Source of the DNA: an uncultured Pirellulaceae bacterium | Lineage (GTDB): Bacteria > Planctomycetota > Planctomycetia > Pirellulales > Pirellulaceae | NCBI GenBank assembly: GCA_964478065.1 | Contig: CAYZGP010000003.1 | Location: 1,684 to 65,683, forward strand | Direction of reading: 5' to 3' | Length of the DNA stretch: 64,000 nt | In this document: piece by piece, positions 39,360-49,300 of the stretch | Numbering within the stretch: the first letter of the stretch is position 1 | Layout of the letters: every line of letters begins with the position of its first letter | The notes under the pieces: model-generated | What the model was told of the DNA's origin: nothing | The model's database searches: none | Seen by the model: only the letters and a program-made list of their open reading frames with translations | Position numbers and translations under genes: made by a program

Positions 39360-40769
39360 ATGGCATCTTTGATGTGGTTTCGCCGTGACTTACGCGTTCT
39401 TGACAACACGGCGTTGCATAATGCAAGTCAATTCAAGGAAGGCGTGGTTGGCTTGTTTATCATTACGCCTGAGCAGTGGTTGGAGCATGGCGATGCTGAT
39501 TGCAAAATCAAGTTTTGGCTGGAGAATCTTAACGAACTTTCTGAGCGACTCGCTAAATTCAACATTCCGTTGATTATTGAGACGTGTGATTCGTTCGCGG
39601 AAGTTCCTGATGTAATTGTTAAAGTGGCCAAAAGGTTCGGCTGTACTGATTTGTTTTTCAATCGGGAATACGAAGTCAACGAGAACCGACGTGATACCGA
39701 GGTCTCGAATGCTTGTGAGTCTGTTGGTATCAGCGTGCAAAGGTTTCACGACCGTGTCGTTGTGCCGCCGCGAAAGATCAAGACAAAGGACGGGCGTTTT
39801 TATTCCGTTTTTACTCCCTATCGAAAAGTTTGGGACAAAGAGGTTGCCAACTATTGTGAACCGCTGGGCAAGCCAAAAAAACAACCGGTGAACGAAATCA
39901 AATCGTCTAAGGTTCCGACGAAATTGCCTGGATTCGATTTCTCAAGAGCGATCGGCAACTGGCCAGCGGGCGAAACAGAAGCAGCCAATCGCTTAAAGAA
40001 ATTCGCAAAACGGATTTCAAACTACAACGTCGCTCGAGATGTTCCCTCGGTCGAAGGTACGAGTTGGCTTTCGCCTTATCTGGTTGCCGGAGTGATTTCA
40101 CCTCGACAGTGTTTGTCGGTTGCGATGGAGGCTCAGGCAGATTGTGATGATGACGATGGAGCGAAAGTTTGGGTTAGCGAATTGACTTGGCGAGATTTTT
40201 ACGCGGCTGTAATGGTTGGATTCCCACGAGTCTCAATGCACCAACCTTTCAAACCAAAAACGAATGCGATCAAGTGGAGAAAGAGCGAGTCTGATTTGAA
40301 CGCCTGGAAAATTGGCCAAACAGGTTATCCGATCGTAGACGCAGGGATGCGGCAATTAAACCAGATCGGCTGGATGCACAATCGTCTTCGGATGGTGACC
40401 GCGATGTTCTTGACCAAGCACTTGCTCATCGATTGGCGGCAGGGAGAAGCGTACTTCATGCAGAAATTGATCGACGGAGATTTGGCTGCCAACAATGGAG
40501 GTTGGCAATGGTCGGCTTCGACGGGAACGGATGCGGTGCCGTACTTTCGCATTTTTAATCCATTCAGTCAAAGCAAACGGTTTGATCCAGAAGGTGACTT
40601 TATCAAACGAATGTGTCCAGAGCTGAAAAAGGTTCCTGCAAAGTCGCTTCACGATCCTGCGAAACTCACTGCGGCAATAAAAGACCAAGGCGCTGACTAT
40701 CCTGCGTTCATCGTAGACCACAAATTAGCCCGAGAGCGAACGCTGGCAGAATTTAAACGAATTGGCTAA
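39360..40769 (+). CDS. phrB: Deoxyribodipyrimidine photolyase (class I CPD)
   Basis: LMWFRRDLRVLDN, TSWLSPYL, ELTWRDFY, GQTGYPIVDAGMRQL, WMHNRLRM, DGDLAANNGGWQW, YFRIFNP. ATG 39360 preferred over 39225. Confidence 0.96.
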   Translation: MASLMWFRRDLRVLDNTALHNASQFKEGVVGLFIITPEQWLEHGDADCKIKFWLENLNELSERLAKFNIPLIIETCDSFAEVPDVIVKVAKRFGCTDLFFNREYEVNENRRDTEVSNACESVGISVQRFHDRVVVPPRKIKTKDGRFYSVFTPYRKVWDKEVANYCEPLGKPKKQPVNEIKSSKVPTKLPGFDFSRAIGNWPAGETEAANRLKKFAKRISNYNVARDVPSVEGTSWLSPYLVAGVISPRQCLSVAMEAQADCDDDDGAKVWVSELTWRDFYAAVMVGFPRVSMHQPFKPKTNAIKWRKSESDLNAWKIGQTGYPIVDAGMRQLNQIGWMHNRLRMVTAMFLTKHLLIDWRQGEAYFMQKLIDGDLAANNGGWQWSASTGTDAVPYFRIFNPFSQSKRFDPEGDFIKRMCPELKKVPAKSLHDPAKLTAAIKDQGADYPAFIVDHKLARERTLAEFKRIG

Positions 40770-40922
40770 CTCGGCAGGCTCGCTAACTTGCCACCAGCGC
40801 ATAAAAAAAGCACCAATCCCAGAACAGGAACGTGCTTTTGGGCCGATGATCGGCGTGTTTGAACTGTGGGAGTTCAATGAAGGACTAAATAAGCAGGGCT
40901 ACTAAGTTAATTCGATTAGTTG

Positions 40923-41501
40923 TTACTTGGTGATTTGGTGTGCATAAGCTCGAAGCTTTTTTTGAATGCGACTACGGAATTGCCAGCGGCTGGTATCGGT
41001 AAACGCTTTTTCTTCTGTTGAATCAGAGCCAGGATGTTCACAGGCCAATTCGTAGGCCAAGTAGTCTTTTTCGCCGGGAGTCAAAAGCGTGGCAAAATCC
41101 TCAATCTCCATTGATTGATGCCACTGTGACTGATGTTGTTGATCGACATCCCGCGAAACCAATTCTTCCCGTCGTTTTCTACGTCGTTCTGAACGAAAAA
41201 AGTTAAGCGTTTCGAACTTCGCAATTCCAGTCAGGAAAGCGATCAACCGACAGCCGCGGTTGGGGTCGAAACGGTCTAAGAGACGGCCTTGGTTATCTAC
41301 GATCGAGAACCAAACACGAGCCGCGATTTCGTCAACGAGTTCTGCACCAATGTGGGTGCCAAATGTCAACGCGCGAATTGTCATAAGTAAACGGTCGTGG
41401 TGAAGTTGGTAAATCTTTTCCCATGACTCTGGGTCGCCTTCCAAACATCCGTCGACAAGCAGCCTGTCTTCTAAAAGTTCATTGGATAATATCATGCTCA
41501 A
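40923..41501 (-). CDS. Short ECF-like sigma-70 factor
   Basis: Region-2-like LVDGCLEGDPESWEKIYQLH...VDEIAARVW...LDRFDPNRGCRLIAFLTGIA...NFFRSERRRKRRE. Weak region 4 (LLTPGEK...QFRSRIQKKLR). Confidence 0.65.
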   Translation of the reverse strand: MSMILSNELLEDRLLVDGCLEGDPESWEKIYQLHHDRLLMTIRALTFGTHIGAELVDEIAARVWFSIVDNQGRLLDRFDPNRGCRLIAFLTGIAKFETLNFFRSERRRKRREELVSRDVDQQHQSQWHQSMEIEDFATLLTPGEKDYLAYELACEHPGSDSTEEKAFTDTSRWQFRSRIQKKLRAYAHQITK

Positions 41502-41872
41502 TTACCTGTGGAAAATGGTTCAAAAAATGGAGTTGAAGAAAATAAAATGACCAAGTGTGAGAGCGTCTATCGTCATTCTAACAAAAGCAATTTTTCATCG
41601 TTAGAAAATCATTCGAAGTCGTCGCTTTTTTCATTCCCCAAAATTCAATTAGGGATGAACATGAAGTCGAGGCGACACATTCTTGAGATCGTGAAAAAAT
41701 TGATTTTGAAAAACTGAAAATCTTCTCGGCTAATGTGTAAGACACCAAGAGGAAAAAAATTGGTTTAAAAATTTTCAATTTTTAGTCAAGTTCATAACTC
41801 ACAATTTTTCGCGAATTGCAATTCTTGCAACAAGCTTCCCCTTGATACGTATAGCGTAAAGGTGAACCTAAG

Positions 41873-41899
41873 AAACTCCTTGTTTTGCAGGAGTTTTTT
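41873..41899. terminator. Possible bidirectional terminator
   Basis: AAACTCCT-tgttttgc-AGGAGTTT plus T-tract, 70 bp downstream of the minus-strand gene ending at 41969. Confidence 0.5.
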
Positions 41900-41968
41900 G
41901 CAGCAAGGTGACTTGCTGGCAAACCCCAAGGAGTGGGGAAGAATCCGGGAATGACGCAGACAAGGTTT

Positions 41969-42910
41969 CTATACAAAGTAATTCATTTGCTGTGTTGTGG
42001 TTGTCAAAGGTGGAGCAGCTTCACTTATAGCTCCGGCTGGACTTGTCCATTCTTGGATTAGTCCAAAGAAGTCCCTGAGGTTTGGCGAATCTAAATTCGA
42101 TTCCCAACTGGTGGAGTAGCAGGGACGGTTGTGATGTGTGGGGCGCCATTCTTCTTTTCGGGCTGCACCATTATCGGAAACGAAAAGTACTCGGTCATAT
42201 TTGCCTTTTGCTCGCGCCAGAATTTCTTCGGCAAATTCATTCATGCGAAGATAGGCCTGTTCAAGCAGGTCTTCTCTTTGTGTATCGTGATACACAAGGT
42301 ACAAATGCTGTGAGGAGTCGATAAATTGAAATTGTCCCATTAAAAGCCGGTATGGATTATGATCCATGGCTTCGAACAGCCTTTTCGAGCGCCAAGCGAA
42401 GTTTTTCTCAAGTAAATCCAAGGCGCCTTCTACGCCAAGCTCAGGATAAATCCGTGGGTCGAGAATATTTCGGGAAAGTGCCCAAGATGGCTCGGGATTA
42501 TAGGCAGGTATATATACCGCTTTGCTATTGGGAATGGTGTCAAACAAACACGGACATTTCAGGTCGGCTTTTAAGAAATTCCGCTCTGTTGTCTTGGTGA
42601 AGCCGCACGCTTCGTAAAATGCCATACGTTTTGCACGCAATAGACGCGTTCGCCGCAAGATTTTTTCTTCGATCCATTGGACGCGTTTGTTTTGGTAGGC
42701 CCTGGTTCGTTTGCGTCGATCATGGACTCCGTTTTCTTTCCATGTTTTTCCGGTAATTAGTTGAGCCGTTATTTGGGTAGCGACATCGCGTTGGTTGTGC
42801 AAACCGTCAACGATGACCTTTCCCCACTGCTTTTGTTTTAAAGCCGGGCAATCGAATCGTTCGAGGTATTTGTGGTCGAGTCCGCCAAAAATGATAGTTA
42901 ATAAGTTCAT
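41969..42910 (-). CDS. Alkaline phosphatase/nucleotide pyrophosphatase superfamily protein, divergent
   Basis: IIFGGLD...LITG...GVH, FIDSSQH, AYLRMNE, LFVSDNG, THH: an AP-superfamily core with altered metal ligands. Confidence 0.6.
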   Translation of the reverse strand: MNLLTIIFGGLDHKYLERFDCPALKQKQWGKVIVDGLHNQRDVATQITAQLITGKTWKENGVHDRRKRTRAYQNKRVQWIEEKILRRTRLLRAKRMAFYEACGFTKTTERNFLKADLKCPCLFDTIPNSKAVYIPAYNPEPSWALSRNILDPRIYPELGVEGALDLLEKNFAWRSKRLFEAMDHNPYRLLMGQFQFIDSSQHLYLVYHDTQREDLLEQAYLRMNEFAEEILARAKGKYDRVLFVSDNGAARKEEWRPTHHNRPCYSTSWESNLDSPNLRDFFGLIQEWTSPAGAISEAAPPLTTTTQQMNYFV

Positions 42911-43364
42911 AGGTTTGGCTTTGTTTCTGATGAGGAGCTGTTGGAATTTAGGACGGACTTATTTGGAAGCAGTCCTCTAAGTTTTGCCGCTGTGCGATCT
43001 GAACTGACGCGCAGACGGTTTTTTGCCCGCTAGAAATTTAAGGCAGGGAAGTCTATTACGCTGGATCTATAGCGTTCTTTGATGTGCTTTATGCATGAAG
43101 CTACAGGCGGCTGGGCAGTTTTATGATCTGACACATTGCCAGCGCGTTTTGAATTAACGCGCTGCTGTTTAATTTCTTCGGTTTGCAGCAGTTTTTTGCA
43201 AGCTGTCAGTTGTGAGGTCGCGTTGGATGATAAACGCACTGGCCCCGTTCTCATCAAGCGATTTTATGAGCGGGCCAGCCTACCAGTTATTCATTTGATT
43301 CCATGTTATTCCCGTCCATTGCTTCGTTGCAACACGACTTCCAAAAACAACCTGAGGCTACCCA

Positions 43365-46300
43365 ATGCCCCGATCAAAAAATTCACCATCTAAACGACTA
43401 CGGAACAATTTAAAAAGCAACAATCGTCCTGGTTTCTCGCGCAAAGACGCGCACTCGCAAAGCCTACGATTTGAACGACTTGAACCAAGGCATTTTTTAA
43501 CAGGCGTCGGCAATCCTGTTTTTCACCTAGAAGTCGACTTCGGGATCCACCTTGAAGATGGCGTGGTCGCCGAGTGGCATGACAGTCAATCGGGAAATGA
43601 TCATGAATTGGTAGCCAACGGAACACGGCGTCCTGCCTTTGGTACGGTACAAACGCCATCGGGACTTGATGCGATCCGATTTGATGGCGTTAACGACCGT
43701 TTGATTCAAACGATCGATAGTGGATTTATTGATCTGCCAGACGGGAACAGTGATCGGACAATTTTTGTTGTAGCTCAATTTCACGGAGCCAGTTGGGACG
43801 CCGGTATTGGTTTCGGCGCCGGAGCGCCCAACGAAACGTTTGGAGTTGCAGTTGAGCGCGAGGGGAGTGCAACCGAAGGGCAGTTTTTGGTGCAAGGATG
43901 GGGAGGTGGAAATGATTTTATCTCTGACGAGTCGGGATTTACCGATGCAGGTGGTGGGCAATCAACGGGCTGGGTGATTTTGGCAGTCACGCACGACGCC
44001 GATAACGCAGGTGATTCGACTCAATTTTACAGGACTACCTCAATCGATGCGGGACAAGAGATTTTGTCTTTCGACCATGACTACAACACCAACCTTTCTA
44101 ACGGTGGATTGTTGAATGGCAATTCGGCTTCCAGGTTTGTCATCGGCGAGGAGATCAGTGAACTCGGTTTTACGGAAATAGATGTTGCCGCGATTTTGGT
44201 TTATGACGAAGCGCTTGACGCTGTAGATCGCGGCGGCGTCGAAGAATATTTGCAACAAAAATATCTTGTTGGTGACATCCAAAATCAATTGGTCGCCGGT
44301 GGTTTAGATCAACCGACGAGTCTGGAAGTTCTTCCTGATGGCCGTATTTTGGTGTTGGAAAAAGAAGGCGATATTAGGATTGTTGATCCAACTCAGGATG
44401 TTCCAACGGCCGAACCCTATCTGTCCATCACCAATGTTAATTCCGAAAGGGAACGCGGGCTGACGGATATTGCCTTGGATCCTGATTTCGAAAACAACAA
44501 CTATTTTTACGTTTACTATCACACCGACGGTGCCGACGGTGATATACCACGCGCTCGGTTGTCTCGATTTACGAACTTGGGAGACAATGCAACGCTGGCG
44601 AGTGAAGTCGTTCTTTGGCAAGACCTTGACAATTCAAATCTCAGTCCCAATCACTGGGGTGGTGGATTGGATTTTGGGCCAGATGGGAAACTTTACTTGA
44701 CGATCGGCGACAAGTTTTTAGATCCTACGGACGCACAAGATCCACAAAGCTATGGTGGCAAAATTCTTCGTCTCAATACTGATGGAAGTGTTCCGGCGGA
44801 CAATCCGTTTGTTGGGGACGACCCTGATGGTTTTCTTGATGAGATTTGGGCGTATGGTTTGCGGAATCCATTCCGTGCCAATTGGGATATTCCAACAGGC
44901 CGATTTTTTATCGGTGATGTCGGCGGCAATGTTCAGGAAACCGCTTTCGAGGAAATCAATCTCGGAGTCGCTGGAGCGAATTATGGTTGGCCAGGTGAAG
45001 AAGGCTTCAATACCAACGCAGAGTTTACCGATCCAATTTTTGCATATGACCATTCTGAGCCTACTCCCAATGGCGGTGCGGTCGCTGGCGGTATCGTTTA
45101 TCGAGGTGAATTGTTCTCTGAGCAATTTGAAGGAGCGTATTTCTTTGGCGATTTTGTACAGGGGTGGATTCGCTATTTGAGGTTTGACGAAAACGGCGGC
45201 GTAATTGACGCGGATCCTTCGACGCCGCAGTTGGACGCATTTGAACTTAGCGACGAGCCGATTGCTCCCGTGGCGATTGAAGTTGGCTCGAGCGGCGAGT
45301 TATTGTACCTCGACTTTTTTACCGGCGAATTGCGCCAATTTGTTTCTGGAAATTTGGCTCCAGAAATCGTTGAAGCTTCTTCTGATATCGACCAGGGGTT
45401 GGCGCCGTTGGTTGTCAATTTTACAGGGCTGGCCGAGGATCCTGAGGGAGACGATATCCAATATGTTTGGGATTTTGGTGATGGGAATCAAGCATTTGGA
45501 GCGAACGTTTCGCACACCTACGCAGCCAATGGATTTTACGAAGCGACACTTCGCGCCTCCGACGGATTTCAAACAACCGTCTCCGAGCCTGTAGCAATCA
45601 CCGTTGGCGAAGCACCAGCAGTGACGATTGTGACTCCATACGAAGGGCAGTTTTTTATCGCTGGCGAAACAATTTCGCTGTCTGGTTTGGCAACGGATGA
45701 TGGGGAGTTAACCGAAGAAAGCTACAGTTGGACGATTCGGTTCCTTCATAACGATCACACTCATCCGGTGCTTGATGGCGCTACAGGTTCAAATATCACT
45801 TTCGAGATTGATAGGAGGGGACATGATTTCTCTGACGAAACTGGATTCGAAATTGAATTAGTCGTTACCGATTCAGATGGCATCTCAACGACAGAAACCG
45901 TCGCCATATTCCCAGACAAAGTCGACGTGACATTCGACACAACCTTCCCCGGAGATTTGACTTTTACGTTGGATGGTGTCCCGCGTGAAGGTTCGTTCAT
46001 CCACGACACTTTGATCAATTTCGAACACACGATCAGTGTTCCTGTATTTGCCAATTACAACGGCGACGAGTATGAGTTTGTCGCATGGTCCGATGGATCA
46101 ACGGATTCAAGTTATGTATTCGACGTGCCTGACAGCGATATAACCCTAACAGCGATCTATCAAAACAACGGGAGTTCCACATCTCTGCCGACTGACGACC
46201 TTGTTTTACGTTTGGATGCACAGAACGGCGTGACGGTTGATGGCACCGGAACGGTGACTGCCTGGACAGATCAATCGGGGTTTGCGAATTCATTGGCTGC

Positions 46301-49300
46301 GACGGGTGATCCCACGTTGATTGAAAACGAACTCAATGGCCATGACGTGATCCGTTTCGATGGTACAGGTGATTCACTCCGAGCATTGACACTGAATTCA
46401 TTCCCTGAAGGCAACGAGAATCGCAGCCTGTTTGTGGTGGCTCGTTATGACGGTGTCGGATATGGCGGCGTGTCATATGGCGATAACAGCCTGAATGAAA
46501 CGTTCGGTGCGATCGTTGACCCCAGTGGAAACTTGACGGCTCAAGGTTGGGGAAGTTCAAACGATTTCAGAACAGATGTAGCAGCCACAGGAGAGGGATG
46601 GCTGATTCAAGAATTGATTTTGACCAATGGCGTGCTGACTCATTTCAGAGATGCTGTTTTGATTGATACGCAAAACCATGTCTTCTCCACGGACGTGGAC
46701 AACGGAAATGGCTTTATTATTGGAGCCGAGATTGATAGCAATCCGTTTATCGATATGGACGTTGCGGAAGTTTTGGTTTACGACCGTGCCCTTTCTCCGA
46801 CTGATCGACAGCAGGTAGAAAACTATTTGTTGGAAAAGTATTTCAGCAACAGTAATTCGGCTCCGACAGCCAACGACGATGCTTTTACGGTCGATGAAAG
46901 CTCTGTCAATAATGTAATTGACGTCAAAGCCGATAATGGCAATGGTGCCGATGTAGATCCCGATGGCGATCCGATTTCGATTGTTGCAGTGGGTACTCCG
47001 TCTCTCGGAGGATCGGTGACTATCAACAACAATGGCACTGCGGTCGATACGACGGACGATTTTCTCCAGTACACTCCTTCGCCGGGCGTTGTTGGAACTG
47101 AGACGTTTACTTATACGATCAGTGACGGGGTGTTAACTTCTGAAGCCACGGTGACAGTGACAATCGATGCGGCCGATGCTAATAATTCGGCACCGGTTAA
47201 CACTTTGCCAGGCACGATCGTTGTTGAGGCGCCCAACGCTGTGGTGGTTTCTGGAGTCAGTATCGCTGACTCAGACGCGGGTGGAGAGTCGGTAACAAGT
47301 CAATTGGTGGTTGGAACCGGCACGTTGGAAGTTACGCTTGTCGGTGATGCGACGATTTCTTCTGGATCCAACCTGTCCAATGATTTTACGTTGCTGGGAA
47401 CGGTAGCAGATATCAACGCGACGTTGGCAAGTCTGGAATACACTCCGCAGGTTGGCTTCCTTGGAACGGATCAGTTGACGATTACGACTGACGATTTAGG
47501 AAATACGGGTGAAGGCGGGCCTTTACAAGATACTGACTCTGTTTCAATTCTTGTTGTACCAGGACTGCCGTCTGCAGATTTAGTCGTTCGATTGGATGCC
47601 CAGACCGGTGTTAGCGAAAACGAAAACGGTGTGATTGGTTTGGCTGACCAATCAGGATTTGGAAATGATCTTTCTGGAACAGGTGATCCACAGCGCGTTG
47701 TGGGTGGTCTGAATGGCTTGGACTATATCGAGTTTGATGGATCAGGAGATTCGTTGATTCGAGCGACGGGACTTAACAACTTACCAGAAGGCAATGAAGA
47801 CCGAAGCTTGTTTGTCGTGGTGAGATATGACGGTGTTGGGTTTGGGGGTGTTGCCTATGGTGACAATAGCTTTAATGAAACGTTTGGTGCGATCGTCAAT
47901 CCCAACGGATTTTTGACTGCTCAAGGTTGGGGCACTGCAAATGATTTCCATACAACGACAGCGGGAACGTCTGAGGGTTGGCTGATTCAGGAGATTGTGC
48001 TGACGGCGGGAACGTTGGAACACTTCAGAGATGGCGTGTTGATTGACTCTCAAACACACACATTCAACACCGACGTGGCCAATGGTAATGGCTTTGTGAT
48101 TGGAGCCGAGATCGACAGCAATCCGTTTGTCGATCTGGACGTTGCGGAAGTGTTGCTCTACGACCGAGCGTTAGATAGTACCGATCGCCAAGCCGTTGAG
48201 TCTTATTTGTTGGGCAAGTACTTCGGGGTCTTTAACACCGCGCCGATAGCCAACGACGATGCTTTTACGGTCGATGAAAGCTCTGTCAATAATGTAATTG
48301 ACGTCAAAGCCGATAATGGCAATGGTGCCGATGTAGATCCCGATGGCGATCCGATTTCGATTGTTGCAGTGGGTACTCCGTCTCTCGGAGGATCGGTGAC
48401 TATCAACAACAATGGCACTGCGGTCGATACGACGGACGATTTTCTCCAGTACACTCCTTCGCCGGGCGTTGTTGGAACTGAGACGTTTACTTATACGATC
48501 AGTGACGGGGTGTTAACTTCTGAAGCCACGGTGACAGTGACAATCGATGCGGCCGATGCTAATAATTCGGCACCGGTTAACACTTTGCCAGGCACGATCG
48601 TTGTTGAGGCGCCCAACGCTGTGGTGGTTTCTGGAGTCAGTATCGCTGACTCAGACGCGGGTGGAGAGTCGGTAACAAGTCAATTGGTGGTTGGAACCGG
48701 CACGTTGGAAGTTACGCTTGTCGGTGATGCGACGATTTCTTCTGGATCCAACCTGTCCAATGATTTTACGTTGCTGGGAACGGTAGCAGATATCAACGCG
48801 ACGTTGGCAAGTCTGGAATACACTCCGCAGGTTGGCTTCCTTGGAACGGATCAGTTGACGATTACGACTGACGATTTAGGAAATACGGGTGAAGGCGGGC
48901 CTTTACAAGATACTGACTCTGTTTCAATTCTTGTTGTACCAGGACTGCCGTCTGCAGATTTAGTCGTTCGATTGGATGCCCAGACCGGTGTTAGCGAAAA
49001 CGAAAACGGTGTGATTGGTTTGGCTGACCAATCAGGATTTGGAAATGATCTTTCTGGAACAGGTGATCCACAGCGCGTTGTGGGTGGTCTGAATGGCTTG
49101 GACTATATCGAGTTTGATGGATCAGGAGATTCGTTGATTCGAGCGACGGGACTTAACAACTTACCAGAAGGCAATGAAGACCGAAGCTTGTTTGTCGTGG
49201 TGAGATATGACGGTGTTGGGTTTGGGGGTGTTGCCTATGGTGACAATAGCTTTAATGAAACGTTTGGTGCGATCGTCAATCCCAACGGATTTTTGACTGC

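Noticed and set aside
40806-40839. AAAAGCAC/GTGCTTTT inverted repeat between phrB and the sigma-like gene
   Set aside because: The 18-nt loop and AT-rich stem make a weak terminator. Plausible but unsupported.
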